Shown here in pieces: positions 28,740 through 40,405 of a stretch of DNA of 64,000 nucleotides. The position numbers and the translations under genes are program-made. The DNA comes from Dehalococcoidia bacterium. GTDB taxonomy: Bacteria > Chloroflexota > Dehalococcoidia > GIF9 > AB-539-J10. Location: contig DAOUMA010000008.1 of the NCBI GenBank assembly GCA_034414555.1, positions 11,039 through 75,038 of the forward strand, in the 5' to 3' direction. Numbering within the stretch: position 1 is the stretch's first letter; each line of letters starts with the position of its first letter. Below the pieces are notes generated by a model, which did not search any database, was not told where the DNA came from, and was given only the letters and a program-made list of their open reading frames with translations.

Positions 28740-29243
28740 ATGGCTGAGAGAGAAGTTACTCTGGAAGATCTGCGAAAGCAGATAGGTAAGGAAGGACCTC
28801 CAGTCACCGTGGAGATAGAAAAGGGGATGATTCGCCGCTTTGTCCATGCCGTGGATGACCCCAATCCTTTGTGGCGAGACGCGAAATATGCCAGGAAAAC
28901 TAAATATGGGGAAATTATCGCACCACCATATCTCCTATGCGCCGCTATGATTCTAACTGAGCCTACTGACCCTAAAGCTCCTCCAGGCTTCATGACACCA
29001 TGGATCCCCGATATGAAACTCCCCCAAAATCTTAAAGGTATCCTGGACGGTGGAGGGGAATGGGAAATCTACAAACCGATGAAGGTGGGCGATGTTATTA
29101 CCGCACGTACCAAGCTCACCAATATTTACGAAAGACAGGGCAAAATAGGAAAGATGTATTTTTATGTCACCGAAACAAACATCGCCAATCAGCGTAATGA
29201 GCAGGTCGCTAAAGCTACTGGGACCCTGATACTTTACGCTTGA
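28740..29243 (+). CDS. MaoC-like dehydratase N-terminal-type hot-dog subunit (FAS1-like dehydratase domain)
   Basis: Hot-dog fold protein lacking the catalytic motif of the partner at 27466. The gene order (hot-dog, SDR, hot-dog) resembles split two-subunit dehydratases. Confidence 0.55.
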   Translation: MAEREVTLEDLRKQIGKEGPPVTVEIEKGMIRRFVHAVDDPNPLWRDAKYARKTKYGEIIAPPYLLCAAMILTEPTDPKAPPGFMTPWIPDMKLPQNLKGILDGGGEWEIYKPMKVGDVITARTKLTNIYERQGKIGKMYFYVTETNIANQRNEQVAKATGTLILYA

Positions 29244-29333
29244 GTTAACCCTTTAAAACGATAAGCAAAGGCTTGGCGGAATTTAGTTAAGGGTGGTAGT
29301 ACGTAGCGGTTAGGTTTAGGTTGTTCAGTTACC

Positions 29334-30149
29334 TTGTCCAAGAAAAAAGAAGCAAATTTTATCGATAAGCTGCTAAACGCTGGCAGGAGTAACAGGAGTT
29401 TGCTCTGTGTCGGACTTGACCCCGACCTGGAGCTCATGCCCAAGGTAAAGCCTCTGGAATTCAACCAAGATATTATTGACGCTACTTGTGATTTGGTATG
29501 TGCTTATAAGCTTAACCTGGCCTTTTACGAAGCCCAAGGAGCCAGAGGGATAACTCTACTGACCAAGACCATTGACCATATTCCCGCCCATATCCCCGTA
29601 ATTGGCGATGCCAAGCGGGGTGATATAGGTAATACCGCTAAATTTTATGCCACGGCTCTCTTCTCCACCCTCGGGTTCGATGCTGCTACTGTAAATCCTT
29701 ACCTTGGCTTCGACTCCATAGAGCCATTTATCAACTACAAGAATAAAGGAATATTCATCCTCGGGCTAACCTCAAATCCTGGAGCTTCAGATTTCCAGCG
29801 ACTTCTATGCGCTGGGGCACCACTGTGTGACCTGGTAGCACAGAAGGCAAAACAATGGAACATTTATGGCAATGTTGGCATGGTAGTGGGAGCTACTTAC
29901 ATTGAGGAATTGAAACGGATACGTTCAATTTGCCGCAATATGCCCTTGCTTATCCCCGGAATTGGCGCCCAAGGGGGAGACTTAGCTTCGGCTGTCAAAT
30001 ACGGGGTGGATGCCAAAGGAGAAAACGCCATTATCGCTGTATCCCGGCAAATTCTATACGCCTCGAAAGAAAAGGATTTCGCTCAAGCAGCCAGAGACAT
30101 GGCGGAGAAAATTCGCAGCGAAATTAACACCTATTTAGCTTCCCGTTAA
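29334..30149 (+). CDS. pyrF: Orotidine 5'-phosphate decarboxylase, type 2
   Basis: LLCVGLDP ... [11 protein letters not shown] ... [14 protein letters not shown] motifs of the long-form PyrF. The start codon is uncertain; TTG at 29334 is the longest in-frame option. Confidence 0.75.
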   Translation: MSKKKEANFIDKLLNAGRSNRSLLCVGLDPDLELMPKVKPLEFNQDIIDATCDLVCAYKLNLAFYEAQGARGITLLTKTIDHIPAHIPVIGDAKRGDIGNTAKFYATALFSTLGFDAATVNPYLGFDSIEPFINYKNKGIFILGLTSNPGASDFQRLLCAGAPLCDLVAQKAKQWNIYGNVGMVVGATYIEELKRIRSICRNMPLLIPGIGAQGGDLASAVKYGVDAKGENAIIAVSRQILYASKEKDFAQAARDMAEKIRSEINTYLASR

Positions 30150-30156
30150 AGATAAT

Positions 30157-30348
30157 TTGTCTACCGATATAAAGCTCAGCGATGTAGTTCGTCTCCGCAA
30201 ACCACATCCCTGCGGTAGCTATGAGTGGGAGGTAGTGAGGGTCGGCACCGATATAGGTTTAAAGTGCCTCAAATGCCACCGAAGAATCCTTTTATCAAGA
30301 AGCACCTTTGAAAGAAGGCTAAAACAAGTTATCCCCAAGAGCGATTAA
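30157..30348 (+). CDS. DUF951 family small protein
   Basis: [29 protein letters not shown], a CxxC-type small protein matching the DUF951 pattern. Confidence 0.45.
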   Translation: MSTDIKLSDVVRLRKPHPCGSYEWEVVRVGTDIGLKCLKCHRRILLSRSTFERRLKQVIPKSD

Positions 30349-30723
30349 CTACCCTGGCGATTTGCTCATACTGTATGCCAGGATAAACATAATTCCAATC
30401 ACCAGAGGCGGAAAACACAACACTGCAGTAATTGGCTCAGAATAAAAAATAATCACGCCAGAGCTAACTGCAAAATGCACCAGCGGGACAAGACCTAGAA
30501 GGATAAACAATATCCCGCCAAGCAATTCAGGTGATTTACCTTGCCATTTCCAGGCTATAGCTACCGCCACCACAAATGGCACACTGAGCAATATCGCAGC
30601 AGGTAATAACCTCGGCCCATACTGGAAAAACCAGAAATAAATGGCAAAAACACTATAAGCTAACCCGAGGATTTGCGCCAACCAGCACATATATTTCACC
30701 ATAGAACAAAGGTATTGTAACAC
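30349..30723 (-). CDS. Hypothetical integral membrane protein (4 TM)
   Basis: 124 aa, uniformly hydrophobic. No family recognised. Confidence 0.35.
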   Translation of the reverse strand: MLQYLCSMVKYMCWLAQILGLAYSVFAIYFWFFQYGPRLLPAAILLSVPFVVAVAIAWKWQGKSPELLGGILFILLGLVPLVHFAVSSGVIIFYSEPITAVLCFPPLVIGIMFILAYSMSKSPG

Positions 30724-30794
30724 CCTTTTTAAGGCATCATTCGGTCACTAAATTAGCCAATTATTGGAGATTGTTTAGCAACCCATCCCCCTCA

Positions 30795-30891
30795 CCCCCT
30801 TCCCTTGCCAAGGGAAGGGGGAGTGTAGGTAAGAGAGGGGTAAAACCCCTCTCTATAAATCTCTTTCCCCCTCTCCTTTAAAGGAGAAGGG
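30795..30891. repeat. Three tandem G/C-tract hairpins (CCCCCTTCCCTT-GCCA-AGGGAAGGGGG; AGAGAGGGG-TAAAA-CCCCTCTCT; CCCCTCTCCTTT-AAAGGAGAAGGGG)
   Basis: Three successive perfect or near-perfect inverted repeats read directly. They lie between a minus-strand membrane gene start and the dinB promoter. Confidence 0.5.
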
Positions 30892-30927
30892 GATAAAGGG
30901 GGTAAGGTTAGTAAACACTCTCAATTA

Positions 30928-30956
30928 TTGCTAGCTTTTCCTAGCTAGCCTATAAT
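30928..30956 (+). promoter_or_regulatory. Sigma70-like dinB promoter (TTGCTA-17 nt-TATAAT) with repeated CTAGC in spacer; predicted leaderless transcript
   Basis: -35 TTGCTA at 30928-30933 and -10 TATAAT at 30951-30956. The dinB ATG at 30963 is only 6 nt downstream of the -10 and has no SD sequence. The spacer contains gctagc ... ctagctagc repeats. Confidence 0.45.
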
Positions 30957-30962
30957 TTAGCC

Positions 30963-32141
30963 ATGGCTCGCTGTATTTTCCACATTGACTTAGATGCCTT
31001 TTTTGCCTCTGTGGAGCAGGTTCACAATCCAGAGCTGAAGGGGAAACCCGTGGTTGTGGGCGGAGACCCAAACCGTCGTGGCGTCGTGTCCTCCGCTTCA
31101 TATGAAGCACGCCCTTACGGCATCCATGCTGGCATGCCTTTGTCCCAAGCCCGCCGCTTTTGTCCTCAAGCCATCTTCCTGCAAGTCAACTTTGACCGCT
31201 ACCAACAAGCGTCAGCTAAGTTTATGAAAATCCTGACTGATTTCTCCCCCATTATTGAGCCGCTGGGGATTGATGAAGCTTATCTTGATGTCACTGAATA
31301 CCACCAACTTTACCATTCCCACGAGCAAATGGCATCGGCAATAAAAGAACGCATAAATAAGGAACTAAATCTCACTGCCTCAGTAGGCATAGCCCCGTGC
31401 AAAGTAATTGCCAAAATTGCCTCAGACATGTGCAAACCTGATGGGTTACTGGAGATAGCTCCGGGTAAAGAACGAGATTTCTTAACCCCCCTTCCGGTAT
31501 CTAAATTGCCTGGCGTGGGCAAGAAAACAGAACAGGCACTAAAGGAAATAGGCATGACTACCATAGGCGAACTAGCTTCGTGTCCTCTGGAGGAAATAAG
31601 GAAAACCTTTGGAATGTCAGGAATAGCAATGCATCGTTATGCTAATGGCATAGATGACCGATTAGTAGAACTGCCCAGCGAACCTAAATCTATCAACCGC
31701 CAGATTACCTTCGCCCATGATACTTTAGACCAACATTTCCTTGAGTCTAGTTTGCGGGAATTATGTAATGAGCTTGGTGATGGGCTGCGCTCGCGAAATA
31801 AACAGGCAAGTTGCATCGCTATAAAACTCCGGTATGCTGATTTTGACACAATAACTCGTCAGGTTAGCTTAACAGAGGCTAGTAACACCACCCAGGTTAT
31901 CTTCACCACCGCCCTGCAATTGCTGAACAAAACCCTGAGGGAGAGACAAAAACCAATCCGCCTCATTGGTATTAAAGTATCAACTCTGACTGCCAAAGAG
32001 AAACAGCTCCCATTATTTGATCCTACGGAGCTTCGTACAGAAAAACAGAGGCGTCTGGACAATGCTATCGCCCAAATCCGAAACAAATACAGCACAACAT
32101 CAATAAAAAGAGGTAGTGACGTCCCTATTAAGAACCTTTAA
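30963..32141 (+). CDS. dinB: DNA polymerase IV (Y-family)
   Basis: MARCIFHIDLDAFFASVEQ ... KPVVVGG ... SIDEAYLDVT are canonical DinB motifs. Confidence 0.9.
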   Translation: MARCIFHIDLDAFFASVEQVHNPELKGKPVVVGGDPNRRGVVSSASYEARPYGIHAGMPLSQARRFCPQAIFLQVNFDRYQQASAKFMKILTDFSPIIEPLGIDEAYLDVTEYHQLYHSHEQMASAIKERINKELNLTASVGIAPCKVIAKIASDMCKPDGLLEIAPGKERDFLTPLPVSKLPGVGKKTEQALKEIGMTTIGELASCPLEEIRKTFGMSGIAMHRYANGIDDRLVELPSEPKSINRQITFAHDTLDQHFLESSLRELCNELGDGLRSRNKQASCIAIKLRYADFDTITRQVSLTEASNTTQVIFTTALQLLNKTLRERQKPIRLIGIKVSTLTAKEKQLPLFDPTELRTEKQRRLDNAIAQIRNKYSTTSIKRGSDVPIKNL

Positions 32142-32245
32142 CCATTACCTTAAGCCGCAGTTCCGAGCAAAGCGAGGCAGCAGGAGGCTTGTCTTTAGCT
32201 TCAAGCAAAAGTATAATTGAGCCAAACTATTGAAGGGAGCGGAAA

Positions 32246-33178
32246 ATGCCACCTTATGCTTTTTTTAAAAAACAGTTCATGCCTTTAGCGGAAGCCAAAA
32301 TTGGAATTCTGACTCATGCTTTCCATTATGGCACTGCCTGCTTTGAGGGCATTCGGGGAAACTGGGATAGCGAATACGGAAGATTTTGCATCTTCAGAAT
32401 CAAAGACCACTACAAACGCATGCTTAATGGCTGTCGCTTGTTGAAAATCAGCTTGCCTTATTCCCTTGATGAATTATGTCAATTAACCGTAGAGAGTGTG
32501 GAGAGAAGCAATTACCATGAAGATGTATATATCCGACCCATGGCATATAAGAGTTCCGAAGCTGTCGGGGTTCGCCTGCACGACTTAGAGGATGATTTTC
32601 TGATTATTGTGACCACGCTTCCTGCTTATCTTGATACCCAAAATGGCGTTCGGTGCGGTACATCATCATGGCGTCGGGTTGACGACACCATGATACCCGC
32701 CCGAGGGAAGATCTGCGGTATCTATGTTAACAGCGCGCTAGCCAAGACCGAGGCGTGTGAAAATGGCTATGATGAAGCGATATTATTGACCCACGATGGA
32801 CATGTTGCTGAGGGCAGTGGGGAAAATGTCTTCCTGCTCATCGACGGAAAGCTAGTTACCCCTCCTTCATCAGACAATATCCTCCTGGGGATTACCAGAG
32901 ATACAATTATGAAGCTAGCCAAAAATGAACTGGGCATAGATACCATAGAGAGAACTGTTGATAGAAGCGAACTCTACCTTGCCGAAGAATGCTTCTTCAG
33001 TGGCACTGCAGCTCATATCACCCCGATCATCGAAATTGACCATCGCATAATAGGCACAGGTGAAATCGGTAAAATAACCGCTGAATTACAAAAACTGTTC
33101 AGTCCAGTAATACTGGGAAGAAATCCTAAATACGCTGAGTGGTATACGCTGGTTTCCCCTAAACCTGTGAAGACGTGA
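32246..33178 (+). CDS. ilvE: Branched-chain amino acid aminotransferase (class IV PLP enzyme)
   Basis: Class IV aminotransferase pattern (..GIRGNWD .. EGSGENVFL .. GITR..) at 310 aa. Confidence 0.8.
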   Translation: MPPYAFFKKQFMPLAEAKIGILTHAFHYGTACFEGIRGNWDSEYGRFCIFRIKDHYKRMLNGCRLLKISLPYSLDELCQLTVESVERSNYHEDVYIRPMAYKSSEAVGVRLHDLEDDFLIIVTTLPAYLDTQNGVRCGTSSWRRVDDTMIPARGKICGIYVNSALAKTEACENGYDEAILLTHDGHVAEGSGENVFLLIDGKLVTPPSSDNILLGITRDTIMKLAKNELGIDTIERTVDRSELYLAEECFFSGTAAHITPIIEIDHRIIGTGEIGKITAELQKLFSPVILGRNPKYAEWYTLVSPKPVKT

Positions 33179-33181
33179 TTT

Positions 33182-33823
33182 TTATGACATCCGTCTGATA
33201 ACCGCAACTACCTTCCCCTGGATATCAATATTATCAGCGGAAGTATAAATAGGGCTAATGTGGCTATTTGCCGACTCAAGACGAACACGCTCTCCCTCTC
33301 TAAATAATTTTTTTAGGGTAATTTCTTGCTCCTTTTTGAGCCAGACTGCCACCATGTTACCTTCCTCAACATTATCTATGTAATTCAATAACACGATATC
33401 CCCATCCCCTATCAAGGCATCCATCATGGATTCACCCTTCACCTTAAGGGCATAAACATTGCCTTCCCTTTGAATTAAGCCCTTGCTTACCTCCAGCCCT
33501 TCATCGGAGGTAACAGTACTTGTAACAGAATCAGGTACAGGAATAGGCTCACCAGCGGCTATCGCTCCTATTATAGGTATATAAACAAGCCTTCTCCCAG
33601 GGCGTTTATATAAAAGTTCAATACCCCGCGATATATCGCTTTGACGCCGAATGTAACCTGCTTTCTCCAGTTTATTCAGATTATAAACTACCACAGAGGT
33701 AGAACTTATATTACATCCCCTACCGATATCCCTGACGCTAGGAGGATAACCATTATCACGCAAGTACTGGCGAATAAAGTTTATAATCTGTTTTTGCTTT
33801 CTGGAAAGAGCTTTAGCAGCCAA
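33182..33823 (-). CDS. lexA: LexA repressor
   Basis: N-terminal wHTH (LSRKQKQIINFIRQYLRDNGYPPSVRDIG). C-terminal S24 peptidase with GESM and Ser/Lys dyad region. Confidence 0.85.
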   Translation of the reverse strand: MAAKALSRKQKQIINFIRQYLRDNGYPPSVRDIGRGCNISSTSVVVYNLNKLEKAGYIRRQSDISRGIELLYKRPGRRLVYIPIIGAIAAGEPIPVPDSVTSTVTSDEGLEVSKGLIQREGNVYALKVKGESMMDALIGDGDIVLLNYIDNVEEGNMVAVWLKKEQEITLKKLFREGERVRLESANSHISPIYTSADNIDIQGKVVAVIRRMS

Positions 33824-33827
33824 AAAA

Positions 33828-34109
33828 CTAACCCCCTTTCCCTTTCAATATTGCCTGATTTAATCCCCTTGTTAGCTGAGATTTGAGTCTGGCACCCTTA
33901 TTGCGATGAATAACCCCTTTACTTACCGCCTTATCTATACTGCTTACTGTCTTTAGCATCTCTTTTTGCGCTAGCTCCATATCCCCAGATGCAATAACCT
34001 TCTCCGTTTTACCAATAGCAGTCTTCATCCTACTTTTTACTGCGCTATTCCTTAACCTCCTTTTCTCCGCAACTCGAGCCGTTCTGGTAGCCATTTTACC
34101 TCTGGACAT
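33828..34109 (-). CDS. rpsT: 30S ribosomal protein S20
   Basis: ARVAEKRRLRNSAVKSRMKTAIGK ... KGVIHRNKGARLKSQL aligns with bacterial S20. The true start may be at MATRTAR. Its stop lies 4 nt before lexA and its start overlaps the rel stop. Confidence 0.75.
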   Translation of the reverse strand: MSRGKMATRTARVAEKRRLRNSAVKSRMKTAIGKTEKVIASGDMELAQKEMLKTVSSIDKAVSKGVIHRNKGARLKSQLTRGLNQAILKGKGG

Positions 34110-36255
34110 TCTCTTCTCCTTTTCTTCTCACCTTTATTACACCCCAAATTGAGTAAATCTTAGATATCAAGTTAGCTAATTGAGCAGCACCCATTACTTC
34201 CAAACTAAACTTTAACGAGGTAACGTCATCATGACCCGCCATATTAACATCAGTGATATTCACCCCTTCGCTGGCAATGATAGCACTAATATCCCGAACC
34301 AAGCCTACCCTATCCCCAGCGTCAACTTGAATAGCCACCGGGTAAGTTTGCTCCACATTACCCCACTCCACCTCAATCAGTCGCTCCTTCTCCACTTCAT
34401 TAATTATATTAGGGCAATCCCGACGATGCACGGTGATACCTCGACCTCGAGTAATATAACCGAGAATTTTATCACCTGGCAAGGGATGGCAACAACTTGC
34501 CAGATTCGTGACCAGGTTGCCTATACCTAGCACCTTAATGCTTGCCGAACTAACCTTTCTGGAAGGATGAACTTCGACCAGTTCTTCAGGCTGTTCTTCA
34601 CTTACGGTTAATCTTGCTATTATTTGAGAGGGATTAAGGCTGCCAGACCCGATGGCAGCAAAAAAGTCATCCCCATTTTTAAAACCAAATAGCGGTGCCA
34701 CTTCGTCAACGCTTGGGAAGGTAACACCCGATTTCCTAAGTTCCCGCTCCAGAAATTGCTTTCCCACCTCAATGCTTTGAGTCTTGTCTTGCTTTTTAAA
34801 CCATTGGCGGATTTTTGCCCGTGCATGAGAGGTTTTAACATAGCCAAGTTCAGGATTTAGCCAATCCAGACTGGGACCCTTTTCCCCCTTAGCGACAATA
34901 ATCTCCACCACGTCACCATTATTGAGGTTATAGTTCAAGGGCACTAATCGCCCATTTACTTTTGCTCCCGCACAGCGATAACCCATGTCGGTATGGACGC
35001 GAAATGCGAAATCCAAAGGCGTTGCCCCTTTGGATAATTCCTTTATTTCGCCTTTAGGAGTAAAAACAAATACTTGCTCAGCGAGAATATCGGTTTTGAC
35101 GGATTCTAAAAATTCCTTGCTATCAACCTCATCTCGCCACTCAACCAGCTGAGGCAGCCAGGCTATCCCCTTAAAAGACTCCCCTTCTTTTTCCACTTCC
35201 TTATAATGCCAATGGGCAGCTAATCCATGTTCAGCAACTCGGTCCATTTCATAAGTTCGAATTTGCACCTCTAGTGGACTCCCACGGTATATTACCGTGG
35301 TATGTAGAGACTGATACCCATTCCCCTTGGGATTAGCAATAAAATCGTTAAATTCTTCAGGTAGCGGGTGCCAAAAAATGTGAACTATTCCTAGAGCCTT
35401 ATAGCAGTCTGAAACTGAATTAACCAGTATACGCACGCCAAAAAGGTCATAGATATCGCCAAAATCCTTGCCCTGCGAAGCATATTTCCCCATTTTCCGA
35501 TAGATACTATAAACATGCTTAGGCCTGCCGGAAACTGCTGCCTCTACACCAGCTTTGTTCAATTCCCCGCTTAACGCTTGGATAGCCTCGTTTACAAAGC
35601 CTTCCCTTTCCTCTCGATTCGAAGCTACCAAACGAGCAACTCGATGATATTGCCGGGGCTCCAAATAACGAAAAGCCAAATCCTCTAACTGCCATTTTAC
35701 GCTTCGTATACCCAGACGATGTGCTAGCGGAGCGTATATCTCCAAAGTCTCTTGTGCAATAGCGAGGCGTTTTCCCCGCGGCAAAACTCCAAGAGTGCGC
35801 ATATTATGTAACCGGTCAGCTAATTTTATATATATAACCCTTAAATCCTCCGCAGTGGCTACAAGCATCTTGCGTAGATTTTCCACCTGAAGCTCTCTCT
35901 TAGCTGCACCTCCATAAACTGGCTTTGACAACCTACTCAATTTCGTGGTGCCCCGTACTAATTTAGCTACTTCGTCACCAAAGTTAATCTTGATTTCATC
36001 CATTGAGACTCCACAATCCTCGGGAACATCGTGCAGCAAGGCGGCCGCTAGAGTAGCAACATCAAACTGAAGCTCAGCTAAAATCATCGCTACACCAAGA
36101 GGATGCTCCAGGTAAGGCTCTCCTGATTTCCGCAACTGCCCTTGATGTGCCTCACGAGCAAAATTATAGGCTTTCTCAATCAGTGCTACCTGTTCTTCTG
36201 GCAGGTATGCTCTCACCTTGTCTAAAAACTGTGTCTCTTCCATTAAATTCATCAT
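34096..36255 (-). CDS. rel: Bifunctional (p)ppGpp synthetase/hydrolase Rel/SpoT
   Basis: HD hydrolase domain (HLLHDVPED), RelA_SpoT synthetase, TGS and C-terminal ACT domain at 719 aa. Confidence 0.9.
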   Translation of the reverse strand: MMNLMEETQFLDKVRAYLPEEQVALIEKAYNFAREAHQGQLRKSGEPYLEHPLGVAMILAELQFDVATLAAALLHDVPEDCGVSMDEIKINFGDEVAKLVRGTTKLSRLSKPVYGGAAKRELQVENLRKMLVATAEDLRVIYIKLADRLHNMRTLGVLPRGKRLAIAQETLEIYAPLAHRLGIRSVKWQLEDLAFRYLEPRQYHRVARLVASNREEREGFVNEAIQALSGELNKAGVEAAVSGRPKHVYSIYRKMGKYASQGKDFGDIYDLFGVRILVNSVSDCYKALGIVHIFWHPLPEEFNDFIANPKGNGYQSLHTTVIYRGSPLEVQIRTYEMDRVAEHGLAAHWHYKEVEKEGESFKGIAWLPQLVEWRDEVDSKEFLESVKTDILAEQVFVFTPKGEIKELSKGATPLDFAFRVHTDMGYRCAGAKVNGRLVPLNYNLNNGDVVEIIVAKGEKGPSLDWLNPELGYVKTSHARAKIRQWFKKQDKTQSIEVGKQFLERELRKSGVTFPSVDEVAPLFGFKNGDDFFAAIGSGSLNPSQIIARLTVSEEQPEELVEVHPSRKVSSASIKVLGIGNLVTNLASCCHPLPGDKILGYITRGRGITVHRRDCPNIINEVEKERLIEVEWGNVEQTYPVAIQVDAGDRVGLVRDISAIIASEGVNITDVNMAGHDDVTSLKFSLEVMGAAQLANLISKIYSIWGVIKVRRKGEENVQR

Positions 36256-36339
36256 ACCTTAAATACCAAAAACAAGGCAAATTCCTTTACATCCTTCTCA
36301 CTCTTTTGTATCCTGTATCCTATAAGAAAAGGAGTTTCT

Positions 36340-37590
36340 TTGTTCAAAGCACCTCGTGGCACAAGGGATATCTTACCCCAAGAAAGGGCTTACTGGCGCT
36401 ATATTGAGGAAAAAGCGGGCCACCTCTGTCAACTTTACGGTTACCAGCCTATAAGCACACCTGTTTTTGAAGATTACCAGCTCTTTGCCCACGCTGCACC
36501 TGTTGGCACAGATATCATCAAGGAAATGTATGTCTTTAAGGACAGAAGTGGGCAGGAGCTGGCTTTAACTGCGGAGGGAACTGCGCCAATTTGTCGCGCT
36601 TATCTTGAACATGGACTGTTTAATTTACCTCAGCCGGTAAAACTATATTATGTTACCTCTGCCTTCCGATACGAGCGCCCTCAGGCAGGACGCTACCGCC
36701 AACACCATCAATTTGGCGTTGAAGCAATAGGTGATGCTGACCCTGCCCTCGATGCCGAGGTGATAGAGCTGATGCATCGTTTCTTATCTTCACTGGGGCT
36801 TTCGGGACTTTCCCTGGAAATAAATAGCATTGGCTGCCGACAATGTCAGCCTGCCTATATAGAGGCATTAAAGAAATATTATGTGGCTTACAAGAACCAA
36901 TTATGCCCCGACTGTAAAGTTAGATTAGCCAGAAATCCCCTGCGACTTCTCGACTGCAAGGAAGCCTCTTGCCAGGAAATAATAGCAGGAGCACCAAAAA
37001 TCACGGACTATCTGTGCTCCGAATGCCAGACACATTTTCAAAGCGTCCAAAAATATCTAATTGAATTGGGGATAGCTTGCCAACTAAATCACAGGCTAGT
37101 CCGTGGGCTGGATTATTATACCAGAACAGTCTTTGAAGCTAAGCCTGAAGGGGAAGGGGTACAAATCGCCCTTGTCGGAGGTGGCCGCTACGATAATCTC
37201 ATTGAAGAATTAGGGGGCAAGCCCACGCCGGCAATTGGCTTTGCCGCTGGCATAGAAAGGATTATTATTACCTTAAAAGGCCAGAACATAGCTATCCCTC
37301 CCCTCCCTGAACCTGTTGTTTATGTCGCCTATCTCGGAGCAGAAGCCAAATTAGAGACAATAAAACTTGTTTCCAGATTACGCCACGAAGGCATCCCTGC
37401 CATCCAGGCTACTGGAGACAAGAGTTTAAAAGGTCAACTGAGACAGGCTAATTCGCTAGGCGTCAAATATACTGTTATCATCGGAGAAAGGGAGGTGGAA
37501 AATAAAACAGCGGTATTGCGAGATATGGCGAGCGGAGAACAAAAAACTATCTCCTTAAGTGAAATAGCAAGGTTAATTAAAAAGAGATAA
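36340..37590 (+). CDS. hisS: Histidine--tRNA ligase
   Basis: MFKAPRGTRDILPQE N-terminus, class II aaRS motifs and C-terminal anticodon-binding domain. Confidence 0.9.
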   Translation: MFKAPRGTRDILPQERAYWRYIEEKAGHLCQLYGYQPISTPVFEDYQLFAHAAPVGTDIIKEMYVFKDRSGQELALTAEGTAPICRAYLEHGLFNLPQPVKLYYVTSAFRYERPQAGRYRQHHQFGVEAIGDADPALDAEVIELMHRFLSSLGLSGLSLEINSIGCRQCQPAYIEALKKYYVAYKNQLCPDCKVRLARNPLRLLDCKEASCQEIIAGAPKITDYLCSECQTHFQSVQKYLIELGIACQLNHRLVRGLDYYTRTVFEAKPEGEGVQIALVGGGRYDNLIEELGGKPTPAIGFAAGIERIIITLKGQNIAIPPLPEPVVYVAYLGAEAKLETIKLVSRLRHEGIPAIQATGDKSLKGQLRQANSLGVKYTVIIGEREVENKTAVLRDMASGEQKTISLSEIARLIKKR

Positions 37591-37695
37591 GAACAATCAC
37601 AAAATATAGTTTTCTCTCCATAGATGTGCTATAATAAACACATAAATATGGTATCCCGGCAAATTAGTCACTTAGAATTTCAGTGTTCTCCTTAG

Positions 37696-39639
<1,944 letters not shown>

Positions 39640-39650
39640 ATAGAACCGTG

Positions 39651-40253
39651 CTACCCGCGATATAACCGATACTTTGCGATATATTTCTCTACTTTATCAG
39701 GTACAAGATAGCGAATCGATAACCCTCGAGCGAGACGTCCTCTAATTTGCGAAGAACTAATATCAATTATCGGGGTAGCAACATAACTAATCCTGTCACT
39801 CACCCCCGGAATAGAACTCTCTAAATCCTTTAAATTTGGTTCCACCAAATTTACTCTGGGCACAACGGCTAACTGGCATAGTTCGATTAACTTCTTCGGT
39901 TCCTTCCAGTGGGGAAACTGAGCTAGGGCATCACACCCAAGGATAAAAAACAAATCTACCTGAGTACCCAACCGATTTTTGAGCTCCAGCATGGTATCCA
40001 TAGTATACGATGGTCCAGAGCGCTCCACCTCTACTTCGCTCAGTTTGAAGTGAGGGTTACGGCTAATAGCTAGACGCACCATCTCTATACGGTGAACCGC
40101 CAGTGTAATATTATGGTCTACCTTAAGCCAAGGCTGTCCCGCAGGCACAAAAAGAACTTCATCCAACCCTAACTCTTCTCCTACCTCTTCAGCAATAACA
40201 AGATGCCCTATATGGACAGGGTCAAATGTGCCTCCTAAAACCCCTACCTTCAT
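39651..40253 (-). CDS. nadD: Nicotinate-nucleotide adenylyltransferase
   Basis: GGTFDPVHIGHL nucleotidyltransferase motif at 200 aa. Confidence 0.85.
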   Translation of the reverse strand: MKVGVLGGTFDPVHIGHLVIAEEVGEELGLDEVLFVPAGQPWLKVDHNITLAVHRIEMVRLAISRNPHFKLSEVEVERSGPSYTMDTMLELKNRLGTQVDLFFILGCDALAQFPHWKEPKKLIELCQLAVVPRVNLVEPNLKDLESSIPGVSDRISYVATPIIDISSSQIRGRLARGLSIRYLVPDKVEKYIAKYRLYRG

Positions 40254-40405
40254 AGATTCACCACTATGTTATTGACACATATTATAATTATAAGTATCTA
40301 CTTTTATTTTTAGTGATAATGGTAATGTATCCTATACCATAAGGGGAAGTTTAACGAAGTGGAATTTATAAATGACTCTCAAGTTTTTAATAATTTATTC
40401 ACAGG
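40254..40405. other. AT-rich oriC-like region with DnaA-box-like 9-mers (TTATTCACA, TTATTGACA, TTATCACTA)
   Basis: AT-rich tract between nadD and the 3' end of dnaA. 9-mers have 1-2 mismatches to TTATCCACA. Confidence 0.4.

Noticed and set aside
36256-36339. T-box leader upstream of hisS
   Set aside because: The intergenic region is only 84 nt and lacks a specifier loop or T-box motif (AATTAGGGTGG-like).
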